From Chromera velia (Eukaryota), in the NCBI GenBank assembly GCA_018398765.1, contig JAHBMJ010000348.1:1-49999 (forward strand): a stretch of DNA of 49,999 bases. Direction: 5' to 3'. Positions 37,028 through 48,522 of the stretch are shown here, one piece after another (positions within the stretch are counted from its first letter, which is position 1; every line of letters begins with the position of its first letter). The notes beneath the pieces were generated by a model that was given only the letters and a program-made list of their open reading frames with translations, was not told where the DNA came from and did no database searches. Both the position numbers and the translations under genes were made by a program.

Positions 37028-37225
37028 TGCTGCCTACAGACCTGCAAGCACTTCTCCAACAGATCGCATCAGGTCACTTGGGGGTCCAAGCCAGTTACTG
37101 TCTGTCTCAGGCCTCTCCTCCTTCAAAACCTCCTTCTCCTAGACCGCTGCCAAATCCTGCAGATCTCTGAGGTCTCCCGTTGTAACGAATGGTGAAAGCT
37201 TGATGCCCAAAACATCAAAAACCTT

Positions 37226-38038
37226 TGTTCTGTGCTCCTCCGGACTCAGTAGGTCAGACGAAGCCGGAACGGAAGAATAGAACTAGAATTGGAGTTGAAT
37301 ATATCTTTTAATTATTCACTCAGTGTTATTGAAGTCAGTGAAGGTCGGTTTAGATCGCTTCAAGTCAATTCTTCCAGAAGGTAAGTCAACTCGATTTGGG
37401 ATTCAATTCTGTTACTCCGAGGTTAAGTTTTTAATCGATTCTTAAATAAGTTTCTTTTCTTTTTTTTTTTAAAGTTGCATTTTATGCTTGTTTCCTGCAA
37501 AGGTTGCCAATTGTGAAAGTGTATCAATTGTGTAAGTGTATCATGTTTGACAGACTTTCATTTTTGAAAGTGTATCAAGCTTGACATACTTTGCCTTAAC
37601 CGATACAGAACCAATTAATTGGCTTTGTATCAGTGTATCATCAGACTCATTGCTTGACCTTCTATCAATCTATTTTCCGTCTTTCTTATTAACTCTATTG
37701 CTTTTTTTTTTACTCAAGCTTTTTAACTTTATTTCTTTTATCAGTTTCCTGATATCGTCTGACTTTATTTCTTTTATATCGAGTGTTTAATTCATTTCCA
37801 TCCATTCTCTACCAATCTTCCATCAAGGTATACACCCTTTACTGTATATCAGCCTTATAGGACCTTAACTCTTACATTCCAATTGATCTTTCTCCATGAC
37901 TTCTTAATCTATCATTCCTGTTGCTCAATTTAATAACTAAATATTTACTAATAAAATAAGACTAGTCTATGTCGTTCTTACTAGCCTTTGATCTAAAAAA
38001 CCTAACTTCATTCTATTGCCTATAACTTCAACAGAACA
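37226..38038 (-). repeat. 3' LTR (inner boundary 38038 or 38268)
   Basis: TGTTCTG...CAGAACA inverted termini; next to TATCCCTCC (purine tract on minus); the same junction recurs at 38268. Confidence 0.8.
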
Positions 38039-38514
38039 TATCCCTCCTGCCTAAGGCGGTTTTCCACAACCGTTTAATTTATTTTTTTTTACTACAAATT
38101 CTGTTGGTGTTTACTACAAATTGTGTTGACATTTTAGTGCTTTGCCGGGGAAGATCCGCAAAGATCTGACAGCGAACCATAACTTCTTTTAATTAACAGA
38201 ACAGTGAATCCTCTTCCAGCACCCTAAGGCTCCTTCCAACAAATCGCGACTCTTCTTTCAACAGAACATATCCCTCCCTGTTGTTGCCTCCTTTTCAAAC
38301 TCAAAGGAGGCACCTCATACAAAAAATTATGAAAAGATCTCTATTTTTTCTTTTCTTCTTTCCTTCTTTCCTGACGATTTTTTTTTTTTTTTAATGCATA
38401 CCTTCAAATGCAAAGTTTTCTCTTCACCATAATCCTTCATTTGATCAACAAGGCCTTCCTTCTGAACAACAAAATGTGTGACAATCAACCTTCTCTTTCC
38501 TTCTGCATTTTTCT

Positions 38515-40341
38515 TCACACAGACTCAGAGTGAGTAAGATTGATCATATCCGCCCCATTGTTCCCACAGTTGACTTCTCTGAGAATAACACAATCCGACT
38601 GTGTATCAGAATCTCTGGAGTCTGCGGGTGCCACCTGACCCATGTCTTCTTGTTAAGCTTCTCCCTCGGAGCTGCCGGGAATCGACGTCGGGCTGAACCT
38701 TGGAACCCAGTCTCCGGCTGCAGGTGAAGGCATCATACCCAGTGTCTGCTGCTCATATTTTCCGAAAGGAGGGTCAATTGACGGAAGTCCGGGGCTGAGA
38801 GGTCTGGAGCTTGAAGTTTGTGACATAGGACTGTGAAATCTGTGGCAGAACTGACTGGGACTGTGGGGCATTGGGCTGTGAGGCCTTGAGCCAAAGGGGA
38901 AGGGGCTGTAGAACCTTCCTGGACTGTCAGGTGGGAAGGGAAGAGGACTGAGCCTCGATACGTCTTGTCTGTCATCCCCGTTGTTCTGTGGTAAAGGGGG
39001 GCATGACCCAGTTAGGTAGGATGCACCTTGGACTGCTGCCTCTATCCGTTCATCCTCTTCATCACTTGCGAACGGAAAGGTAGGAGAGCGAAAAAACCAA
39101 TTTGGCAGTTGTCTGTCGGTCTGTCCCGATGAAGCAGCACCCATAATGTTGTTGTGCACAGGTCTGCTGGGGAAATCTGCTATCTCTCCTATGTATTGTC
39201 TTTTCCTGCTGGACGAGCTGGGATGAGTGTCTGTCCCATCGGTAAAAGGCATTCTGTCAATCCTGGGTTCTTCTTGTTCTCTTGGGGAATTGTTGATGGA
39301 CTGCAGCGGATCTGAAATCGAAAAGGCCGGTGGTAGCCGTTCGAATGGATACTCCATATTCGGGAGGGTTCTATTTCGAATATTCGCTGCCATTATTTTA
39401 TGGACTGGAAACCCGTATCTTCCATTATCTAGTTGGAAGAGCTCTATGGGCGAAAATGCTGCTAACCGGATTGACGTCCCTTATCTGAAAGGACCTTGCC
39501 ACACATATAGCCCTTGCGCATATGCGTCTTCGTATGTTAATTCTGGAATTATTAAAAACCCCTTCGAGGTGAAAGTGCTATGCCATCCTTCTTCTGACGG
39601 GACAAAGAAAGGATCTATATATACCGCATGAGCAGTCGCAAGATTCGATGCTGCTATTAGATATTTTGCATTGGAGTCTGGGTTCCAAGCTAGGTTCCAA
39701 GGTTGTAGGATTACTCTCATAATTTTCACTGCTCCAATACCAAAGTATTTGGTGATTCCTGCCATAGACTCCAAGAATCCAATTGTCTTAACGACTCCTC
39801 TCCCCAAATTGATCTCATACTCCGTCCACATTCGTTTCTTTTTGTATTCCTCATGATATCTGCGGAAGTCTTTTTCGTGGCAGAGACAACAATTCCTAAT
39901 TGCTTTGAACGTGGCATCCCACGATTCCGGACAGGCCACTGCCATAATAGAGAATGTGAGAGCCAGCATAGCGATATCGTTCACCCAGGAGTGGTAGAGC
40001 AGGATGGCTACTCCTAAGAGACCCGCTTCCCTGATCAGCATTCTCATCGTCAGGGCGAAAACCTTCGTGGCAAATTTCCACCACTGCGCCGTATATAACC
40101 CTGCAGGACCGTGGGCTGTCCCGATTGGGATGTCATAGTTTTTATAGGCCTCAAATCTCTGATACAACTCCGCCCTTTGATCTAGTATGAAGTTGTAGGT
40201 GTCCTCACCGAGTCTTTTGTGCATCTCTTATCTGCTAGCCTGTTTGGCTTGGTCTATAGATCTCCGTGCGTAGCTTGAGAGAGACTCTGTCGGGGGCCGC
40301 AGAGCGGAGCTAGGAGAAGTTTCCGTATGCCCGTCTTCCAT
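38515..40341 (-). pseudogene. Accessory ORF of the Ty3 element (about 609 codons, three in-frame TAA), unknown function
   Basis: ATG 40341 (MEDGHTETSP), ORFs 39481-40224 and 38653-39393 and a tail ending at TGA 38515 share one frame; hydrophobic segment followed by a Pro/Ser-rich C-terminal half. Confidence 0.7.
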
Positions 40342-42245
40342 TCTCTCGATGCCTTTGTACAGCTGAACAACTGTTGTTCCAGAAAGGGAAGGCTAAGAGA
40401 GAAGAATTAATACAGATGAGAATCTGAAGGGGGAAGGTGTTCGCAACTTTGAGAATGACAGGTGTGAGGGTATGGAATACAGAGGATAGTGCTTGTGTTC
40501 TTGAACTTGACACCGTACATCCGTCAAAGTATATTCAATTTTGAACTTTTTCAAATTTGACAGACTTTCAAATTTGTCAGACTTTGCATAATTTGTCTAG
40601 CGGGGACGCGGCTTCATGCATGCAGATTTGTTTTCCGGGGCCACGTCGGGCCTACCTCAAAAATGATGAAAAAGCATACATGTATATATATGTATGCATG
40701 TAAAGATCCGTCTATCTCTTGAGAAGGAACTGACCTTAATGATTAATAGTACAGCTAACCTGAATCACTTCTTTTCATGATGTCACTCCTTGATAAGTTT
40801 TTCACTTACTTGAGGTCATCTCTCGAGTCTTCTCCTTGAGTATGGTTTGAGCAAAAAGAATGTTCATCTCCGTATAGTTCCCTGGGACTGCGTTTACTAC
40901 GATCTGTATATATACAATCGATCGCTTTACTTGAATCTGGAAGTATAAGTCTCGCTTGCCCTAAGCATCGCTTTGTACGTCACGTTGGGTGGCCAGCCTT
41001 CCGCATCCGAACAAGGCTTATGATGCTTGGAGAGACAAGCTAACCGCTATCCCGATGTTTGGCTCGAGTCTGAAGGTTGGTTTGTGTTTCTCTATTCTTT
41101 TATCTTCCTCTATGTTTCCAAGTTTGTGAAGTCGCCTACGTGCCTCTCATTCATACATCGTGCATATATTTCCAGCGCTGTGGGCTTGCAATCATGTCGC
41201 TTCCTGCCCGGTAAGGGGCTATATCAGAGCCCAGGACGCAATTTATGCTCCTGCCTCCACCTCTCTCACCATGCTGATTTTTGCCATGCCCCCAACAAGG
41301 CTCCTGGCCTTTATACAGAGAGGTTGATCGTATAATCTTTCATGAATTTAATCCGAATACTCATAGTCTTTCCGGACTATATAATGTACAGACTGTATGG
41401 GTCTTTGAATTTCATTAATTACTTTACGGTTCATTACGAATGAGTCAATCATTCCATGCAGGTCTCTAATCCCCTTAACGCCGGTACCTCTCTCTGTTAG
41501 TTACTTCTTATCTCTATCTGATGGTCTCCCAGGATCGGGGCAATATCTCATTTCTAACGATACGTAGCCTGCAAAATGAGTAAAGAGAAGGAACAAAGTA
41601 TTCCACTTGTCCTTCTACATGGCAAAAGGCCTTCCAGCTACAATGTCCGGGCATTCCTGGCTTCACCAGCTCCAGGATCCCAATCGCACCTCTCTCGCAT
41701 GCATAATCAATCATTCATCTTGCTCCCTTTCATGTCTGCCTCCCTATTATCAGAAGGTGCTTTTTCTGAATTATTCCAGACTCAAACAACGCTTCCTCTA
41801 CCCTTTATTCTTCTCTTATCAAGTTTGCCCTCAATCATTCCCAAAGCAATCTCTTTTCTTCCACAACGATGTCTTCTTCATCCAAATTTTCATGCAGGAG
41901 CCAGTCTCCCGTTCCATGCAACAACCATGCATGGTTCTTCCCTACACAGAGGTCAGTCTCCCTTCGTCTCCTTTTCCATTTATACAATTTACAATTCTTT
42001 CTCTCAGTTCTCTATGCAGATATCCGTCTCCCCTTCTATCTATACCACCACATTTCTTCCTTCCATCCATCTTTTCATGCGGAGGTCAACTTCTTTCTTC
42101 CATTCGTACAATCACAATTCCGCCTTTCATCCTTTATGCAGAATTGATTCTTCTCCTTCCATTTGTGCAACCACAGTTCCTCCTTTTCTCTTATCATACA
42201 GAAGCCAGTTTCTCCTTTCACTCAGATGGTGTTCTTTTCCCCACT

Positions 42246-42491
42246 CACGTGTGCAACGGCGTCTTGCGGTGTCTCGTCTCTTTTTTCATTCAGGCAGCGT
42301 TCTCTCTTTCCATTCATATGTGCAACGACGTCTCGTCTCTTCCTTCATTCAGTCAGTGCTCTCTCTTTCCATTCACATGTGTGATGATGTCTCGTCTCTT
42401 CTTTCATTCAGTCAGCGCTCTCTCTTTCCATTCACATGTGCAACGATGTCTCATCTCTTCTTTCATTCAGTTAGCGCTCTCTCTTTTCACT
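42246..42491. repeat. 59-bp tandem repeat, about 4 copies, just downstream of pol
   Basis: Unit CACATGTGCAACGATGTCTCGTCTCTTCTTTCATTCAGTCAGCGCTCTCTCTTTCCATT starting near 42246, 42315, 42374 and 42433. Confidence 0.9.
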
Positions 42492-42506
42492 CTTCTCCCC
42501 ACCCCA

Positions 42507-45500
42507 TTATTGTCCCTCAATTTTCCTTAGGTATTCTTCAATCGATTCGGGACATAAGAGGTCATCTTCCATCTCCCAAGTGAGTTCTTCGTATCCTTTC
42601 CATTTGAGTAAATATTCAAATTTGTCTCCTTTCTTCCTTCTACCACAAATTTTTTCTACCTCGTAATCTCTTCGACTGTCTTTGTCCGCACTGTTTGTCT
42701 TTGTTTTCTTCTTTTGAACGGCTGAGTCCGTTTGGTATCATTTTCACGAAGTTTGTTTCATTTCCCCTTCCTCCCTTGCTTCTTCTACTTCAGACATTTC
42801 CTTACCATCCGCAACTTCCACTACTTCTTCTGCTTTTTCATCGATTTCTTTGTACGTCACTTCCATCATGTCGCTTTCATTCAAATTTCGTGAAAGGAAG
42901 GGTTTGATTCTTCTTCTATTGACTGTCATCGTTTACTGTGCCCCCGGTTTATGTAAAACAAAAGTTCTATTGGGTAAACAAGCATTGATCAAGTAAAGCC
43001 CTTCAAATAAGTCATTCAATCCTTTTTCGATCCTTTTGTCTTTCCTTGTTCCCTTTTCTAACCAAACATAATCGCCCTTCTTGTAAATCCTTAGTTTGGA
43101 AGGATCGTTTTTGAATTTTCTTCTCATTTTTTGTTCTGCTGCTGTTTGGAAAAGTTGCATTCTTTCTTTGTTCTCTTTTCTGACATCCTTCAAAATCTTT
43201 ATGTAATCTTGCAGAAGGAATTTCCCATCGACAGATAAATCTGCCAACAGACGCGATGGATTGTTGGGCTTTTTACCGAAGATGATCTGGTAGGGGCTCA
43301 TTCTAATACTCGTTTAATACGTACTGTTATGTGTGAAAGCGGCAAAGGCATAATACGCACTCCAGTCACTCCCTGATTTGGTTACATATTTTGCCATCGA
43401 GTTCTTTATGTTGGCATTGATTCTCTCGATTCTTCCTTGTGTTTCTGGAGAATATGCTGTCGCTAGAACTCTGTCTGATCCGATTAAATGACAGATACTT
43501 TGAACCACCGGATCTAAGAGATTTGCCCCCCTGTCTGACTGCAGGCATACTGGTATGCCATAATGACAAATTTGATTCTGTACAAGTGCCGTTGCGATTG
43601 TATCTACTTTTTGATTTTTCAGTAGAATCAATTCTGCATACCTGGATGCGAGACAGAGTACAACCAAAATGTATTTGTATCCCTCTTTTGTCACCGGAAG
43701 GGGACCCATGATGTCAAAACTGAAGCTTTCCAGCGGCGCATCTCGAATGATCTGTGATTTGTACTGTGCTTTCTCTAAATTCTTTCTTCTCATCTAGCAT
43801 TTTCTGCAGGTACGAACAAACTGTTGCACATCCAAATACATACTCGGCCAAAAATATTTCTCAGACAACGCCCTGACCACCCTGTGCATCCCCATGTGTC
43901 CCGCCAAAATGTGTGAATATGAATTCTGTAAGAGTGCTTCTCTTATTTGTTTTGGTACTGCCAAAAGAAAACACATGCCTGAGCAGTGTCCATTGGCAGG
44001 GGGGAGAAAACGCAGGAGTAGTCCTTGATGCATCAAATATAGAGGGGCTTGAGAGACCAAACAAATCCTTTCATGATAAGAGAGTCCTTCTGAAATTTCT
44101 CATTTTTCCAAATATTTAATCATTTATGACAATTCTGGGTCTTTTCTTTGTGCAGATTTTACATCTTCCACTGTGTGTGGTAACACGATTGAAGGTGCGT
44201 CAAGAGGTTTTGGTACGTTTGATTCTGGATTTCCTTCTTTTCTTTTTTTTGTTGTTGTGTGTGCCGCAACCACAACTGAGTCATCTGATTCTGTGTCTAA
44301 GTCTTTTTCTTCCATTCGTTCGTGAACGAAACACCCTCTTCTAAGCGCATCTGCATCTGCATTGCTCGTTCCCTTTTTGTGGATGACTCGATAATCGTAC
44401 CGTGACAGTTTCAGACTCATTTTCATAAGACGGGGGCTAGTGTCTTTCTGTCGGTGAACCCACTGCAAAGCTGCATGATCAGTGTAAATAATGAATTCTC
44501 TCCCCCACAGCCACGGCTTAAATTTCTCAACTCCCCATGTACATGCAAGCATTTCGGTCTCACTTACGTGCCAGCATCTTTCTATTGATGTGAGTTTTCT
44601 TGACGCATACGAAATTATATATTCACGCCCTTCATTGTCCTCTTGACACAGAATTGCAGAGATGGCAGAGTGTGAAGCGTCACATTTCAAGATGAAGGGA
44701 ACGTCCCAACGAGGATGGCTAAGCACAGAAGCTGAGGTGAGGATCTGTTTCAATCTGTCAAATGCTTTTTGGTGCGCCGTCTCCCATTTAAAGGGTGTGT
44801 TTTTCTTTGTCAGGTCATACAATGGTGCTGCTATTGATACATATTTCTCTACAAACTTCCTGTAGTACCCCGTCAATCCTAAAAATCCCCTTGTCTCTTT
44901 CACAGTCTTGGGAGGAACGGCGTTTTTAATATATTCTGTTTTCTCGCCTGAAGGTAAAATACCTGTGGGTGTAATTTTGTGGCCCAAATATTGTATTTCT
45001 TGTTGAAAGAACGAACATTTACTGAATGAAATTTTTGCTTCAATATTTTTGAAGCGAGTGAGCACAGTATGAAGGTCGGCGAAGTGATCTTCCATAGACC
45101 GAGATGCACAGAGTAAGTCATCAATGTACCCCGATGCGCATACATTCATCAATCTACTAAACAATTGGTCCATGGTTTTCTGCAGCATGGCGGGAGCGGA
45201 CTGAATTCCAAAAGGTACGCGAAGAAACTTGTACGATCCTATGTGACAAGAAAATGTAAGTTTTTCTTGATCTTTCTCTCTTACTTTCATTTGATTGAAA
45301 GCTGAAGCAAGGTCAATGACTGAGAACCACTTTTTTCCTTGGAGCTGAGTCAGAATGTTATCTATGTGAGGTAAAGGCCAGTTTTTCTTCTTCAGAACAG
45401 CGTTTAGACAGCGGTAGTTGACACACAATCTGATTTTATTTCCTGGTCCTTTCTTTTTTACGCAAACGATCGGAGCACTCCAGGGACTGAGGCTTTCTGT

Positions 45501-46775
45501 GATTACTCCTGACTGCAACCAATTATTTATTTGTTCTTCTACCTTTTCTGTGAGCGCATGCGGCACCTGTCTAGGTCTGACAAAAACTGGTTCTTCTGTG
45601 TTTGTTTCTATGGCATGTTCGATTTCTCCCAATGGTCCCGGGTTTCGCTCAGTTGGAAAGAGGGAAGTGAATTCTAATAGTAGAAGCTCCAATCTCTTCT
45701 TTTCTTCTGGGTTCAAATTCCTGGCCTTCTCAACCGTCTCTTTGATTTGTTTGATCGCTTCTTCTTTTTCTTCTAGAAGAAGTTCGTCCTTTTCTTTTTT
45801 TTGTGAATCTTCTAACATAGACATTTGTGCTGCTGATATGTTGCAGTCTTGTCGCATCCTCTTATCCTTTTCTCCACCCTCGTTGTTTTTTGTACAGATA
45901 GTTGAAAACGCTTGATTTTCTTCTCCTTCAGTTCTACAAATAGATGCATATGCAAGACGGAGATTAGGAGGGAAAGTAAAAGATCGACATGTAGCATTGA
46001 TCACAGTAATATGAACACTTTGGTCTTCTATCCTTCCCACGCTGTTATGCAAGTAAATCCCCATGGGTGCATATCGTCCCAAACTGCCCTCTACATATAG
46101 AACACTTCCATTGGGAATCACAGAATCGTCAGGTAGGGAGATAGACACATGAGAGAAAGAGGAAGGAGGGAAAGTTTCTTTTCTTTGAAGGAAGAGAGGT
46201 GACTAGATAAACTGTTTTTCTTTCCTGAGAATTTCCACAGGGCGGAGAGAAATTCCACATAGATTTTCTCCTTCTCTTTTCAGCCGAAGGACGTCGGGGT
46301 TGAAAGAAAGAGACAAAATATATTTATTGCAAAACAACTTTCCGAGAATACATTCATTTTTGATAGAAGAAGAAATATAAAATCTGTGTTTTTTTATCTT
46401 CCCTTCTATGTTTACCCATAGAGAGACGGACCCTTTATTTCCCAATTCTTGTCCCCCTTCCCCTTTTATAGTCAGTGGAATTCTTTGTACAGTCAAACCT
46501 GGTATTTCTTTCCTGAGACATCAAAAGACTTTTGTGTGCAATAAAGAGACTTTGGCCTCCATGTCAATAAGAGCAACTGTAGAAGGAGTTTCTTCTTTAG
46601 AAAGAGAAATGAAGAGTCCTACACCTGGTGAAGAAAGTCTGATATGAGCAATGCGAGCAGAAGGAAGGGGTGAAGGGTCGGGTTGTTTCCAGTCCTCTTT
46701 CATTTGAGGCTTTTTGTTCGTGTGCAGTTGCCTTGGAACTGCACACGCCTCAGTGTTTTTGTCCTTGGTTTTAGT
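42507..46775 (-). pseudogene. pol: Ty3/gypsy pol (PR-RT-RH-INT-chromodomain), single frame with 8 premature stops
   Basis: ALIDMEA and CILG (protease); SPWSAP, IDLASAFNQ, PFG, YIDDLL (RT); CDAS, ETEMLA, YTDHAAL (RNase H); SFDIMGP, QSDRG, GRIERIN (integrase); YEVEKICG...YLLKWKGY...TWE (chromodomain, about 42670-42555). Confidence 0.95.
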
Positions 46776-48522
46776 TCACCGGAATGGCATTCGTATGGGT
46801 TGCCAGTCGAGGCGGAGGTTGGGGAATGGTGTGATTCGGTCTCATCGGCTTCGACATCAAGAATGGGGTTCGAGGCGCTGGTGGATTCATATACGGTCGA
46901 TTCTATGGCTGAGGTGGGTGTCTATTGGGAAGGAAGGGGCGGTATGTTTGGTAAGGTCTGAGTGTCCTACCACTGTTTCCTTCAAATTTTCTCGGTGGTC
47001 CTCGCATTGGTCCTCCCCATCCATTTGTGTCCCTTTGATCCTTGTCTGTGTTTTGAATGTACTGTTCCCTTCCTCTCCGATCTCTTTCTGTTCTTTCAGC
47101 TGCCATCTCATCGTTTCTCTTGATTTGGCATACATCTCTGATATGTCCTTTCTTGTGACAATAGTTACATTCTATCTCGGGTGGAAGTGTGCATCCATTC
47201 ATAGTGTGTGTCCTGGTCCCTGCACATTTGGTACACTGTGCCCTTGACTGCAGTATTTCGTGTGCGATGTTTACAACGTTCACTACAGAGGTTCCTTGTG
47301 GGACATCTTGCATGGGTACGTCATCACTGTCTGGGTAGGTGATTTCCAATCTTTCTCTCGGGGGTCCCGTCCTTCCTATTTTTGCACTGGAAACAGAGAC
47401 CTAATATGTTGCTGGAGTTACAGAAGAGTATTTCTTTGCATCTAAGAGAAGTTCTTGAAACGAAGAGTAATCTTTTGTTCTCAGTGCAACTCTCACTGTC
47501 TCGTTAACAACTCTTTTCACGAAGTGTTTAGTAACAGTTGACGCATCTATGTCCTTTCCGCTCTCACTACATAGATTTTGATACCTGTTTGCATAATCTT
47601 CCAGTGACTCAGTAACTTTCTGTTTGAGGGAAAAAAGCTTTTCTTCTGCTGAGTCTTGATCTGCTTCTGTTAATTTGTATTCGTTCAGGAAGAGGTTTGT
47701 GAGCTGCGCAAGGGAGCTGATGAGAAGTAACTTCCCAAGAGGAAGTTGATCGTACCAGCTTTTGGCTCTACCTGCGAGTGTGGAGGGAAAGTACATGTTT
47801 CTGAAGTCGAAGAAATTCCACTGCATCCGATTGTAGAGATGAATTATCCTCCCCCAATATGCCCTTGTTTGTGTTCGATCTCCCGAGAAGGAAGGAAGGT
47901 CTACTTTCACTTTTGGTATGTCTCTTGTAGGCCGCGATTCGGTATGTGCTCTTGGGGAGAGACGATGTCTAGTGGGAGTCTCGGGGATATCGGGAGAGTA
48001 ATTGGTATCCATACGCACAGGGACGACATTCTTTTGTCCATCCAACCTGAAGATAAATCCCTGAGTCTGCAGGTCTCTGAGGAATTAGGGGTCAATGATA
48101 CTGAGCACTGACTGAGGCGGGGGTCCCCTTGGAGGCTGGTCGTTGTGTCTGGAGGCCCCCTGTTGTTCTCTTTCGTTCATCGGTACTTCTTGTACTTCTT
48201 CTTCTTCTTCTTCTGGGTTGGGGTTTGCTGGTGCTGCTACTCCCATCTGGACGTCGCGATGTTCAGCCTGAGGATTTTGTCCTACTGCTTCTCCATCTGC
48301 ATGTAGATCCTCGTTCTGGTTGGCGTTGGGTTGGGCTGGGTCTGGAGGAGCAGCAAGTGAGAGAGCAGCCTTGGCTTTAGCTTTGGCTTTGCCTTTAGCT
48401 TTAGCTTTAGTTTTCGGTTTGGAAGCGGCGGCCTTTGCGAGACCTTTTGCCTTTGCCTTTGCTACAGCGTTTGCTAGAGCTTTTGCCTTCGCTTTTGCCA
48501 GCCTGGTGTTGTGCACGGGCAT
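46776..48522 (-). pseudogene. gag: Ty3/gypsy gag with in-frame stops
   Basis: ORFs 48085-48552, 47401-48045 and 46903-47349 are in frame; LPSFSG, LAGRAKSWY, LKQKVTESLEDY motifs; knuckles CTKCAGTRTHTMNGC and CNYCHKKGHIRDVC. Confidence 0.9.

Larger units (their letters stand above)
34038..37225 (-). pseudogene. Spliced gene or transposon-gene fragment truncated at the LTR insertion; 3' extent uncertain
   Basis: Exon-like blocks at about 37225-37042, 36779-36555 (AVSGDKDTEELL...DKFLK, then GT) and from 36477 (after TTTGCAG, VGSVAKTREEV...) join via GT-AG introns; in-frame stops present; more coding-like sequence at 34.0-35.0 kb. Confidence 0.45.

Noticed and set aside
36678..37195. CVCV / HTHT ORFs
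   Set aside because: Translations of an intronic (CA)n microsatellite.
41576..42583. 335-aa and 307-aa plus-strand ORFs
   Set aside because: Ser/Phe/Leu-rich translations of pyrimidine-rich, tandemly repeated DNA antisense to the element; no domain signal.
42507..48522. Alternative genetic code (TAA/TAG = Gln) to explain in-frame stops
   Set aside because: TGA also interrupts these frames, intact host genes contain no internal TAR, and the F-box gene and pol end on TAA; mutation is the simpler explanation.
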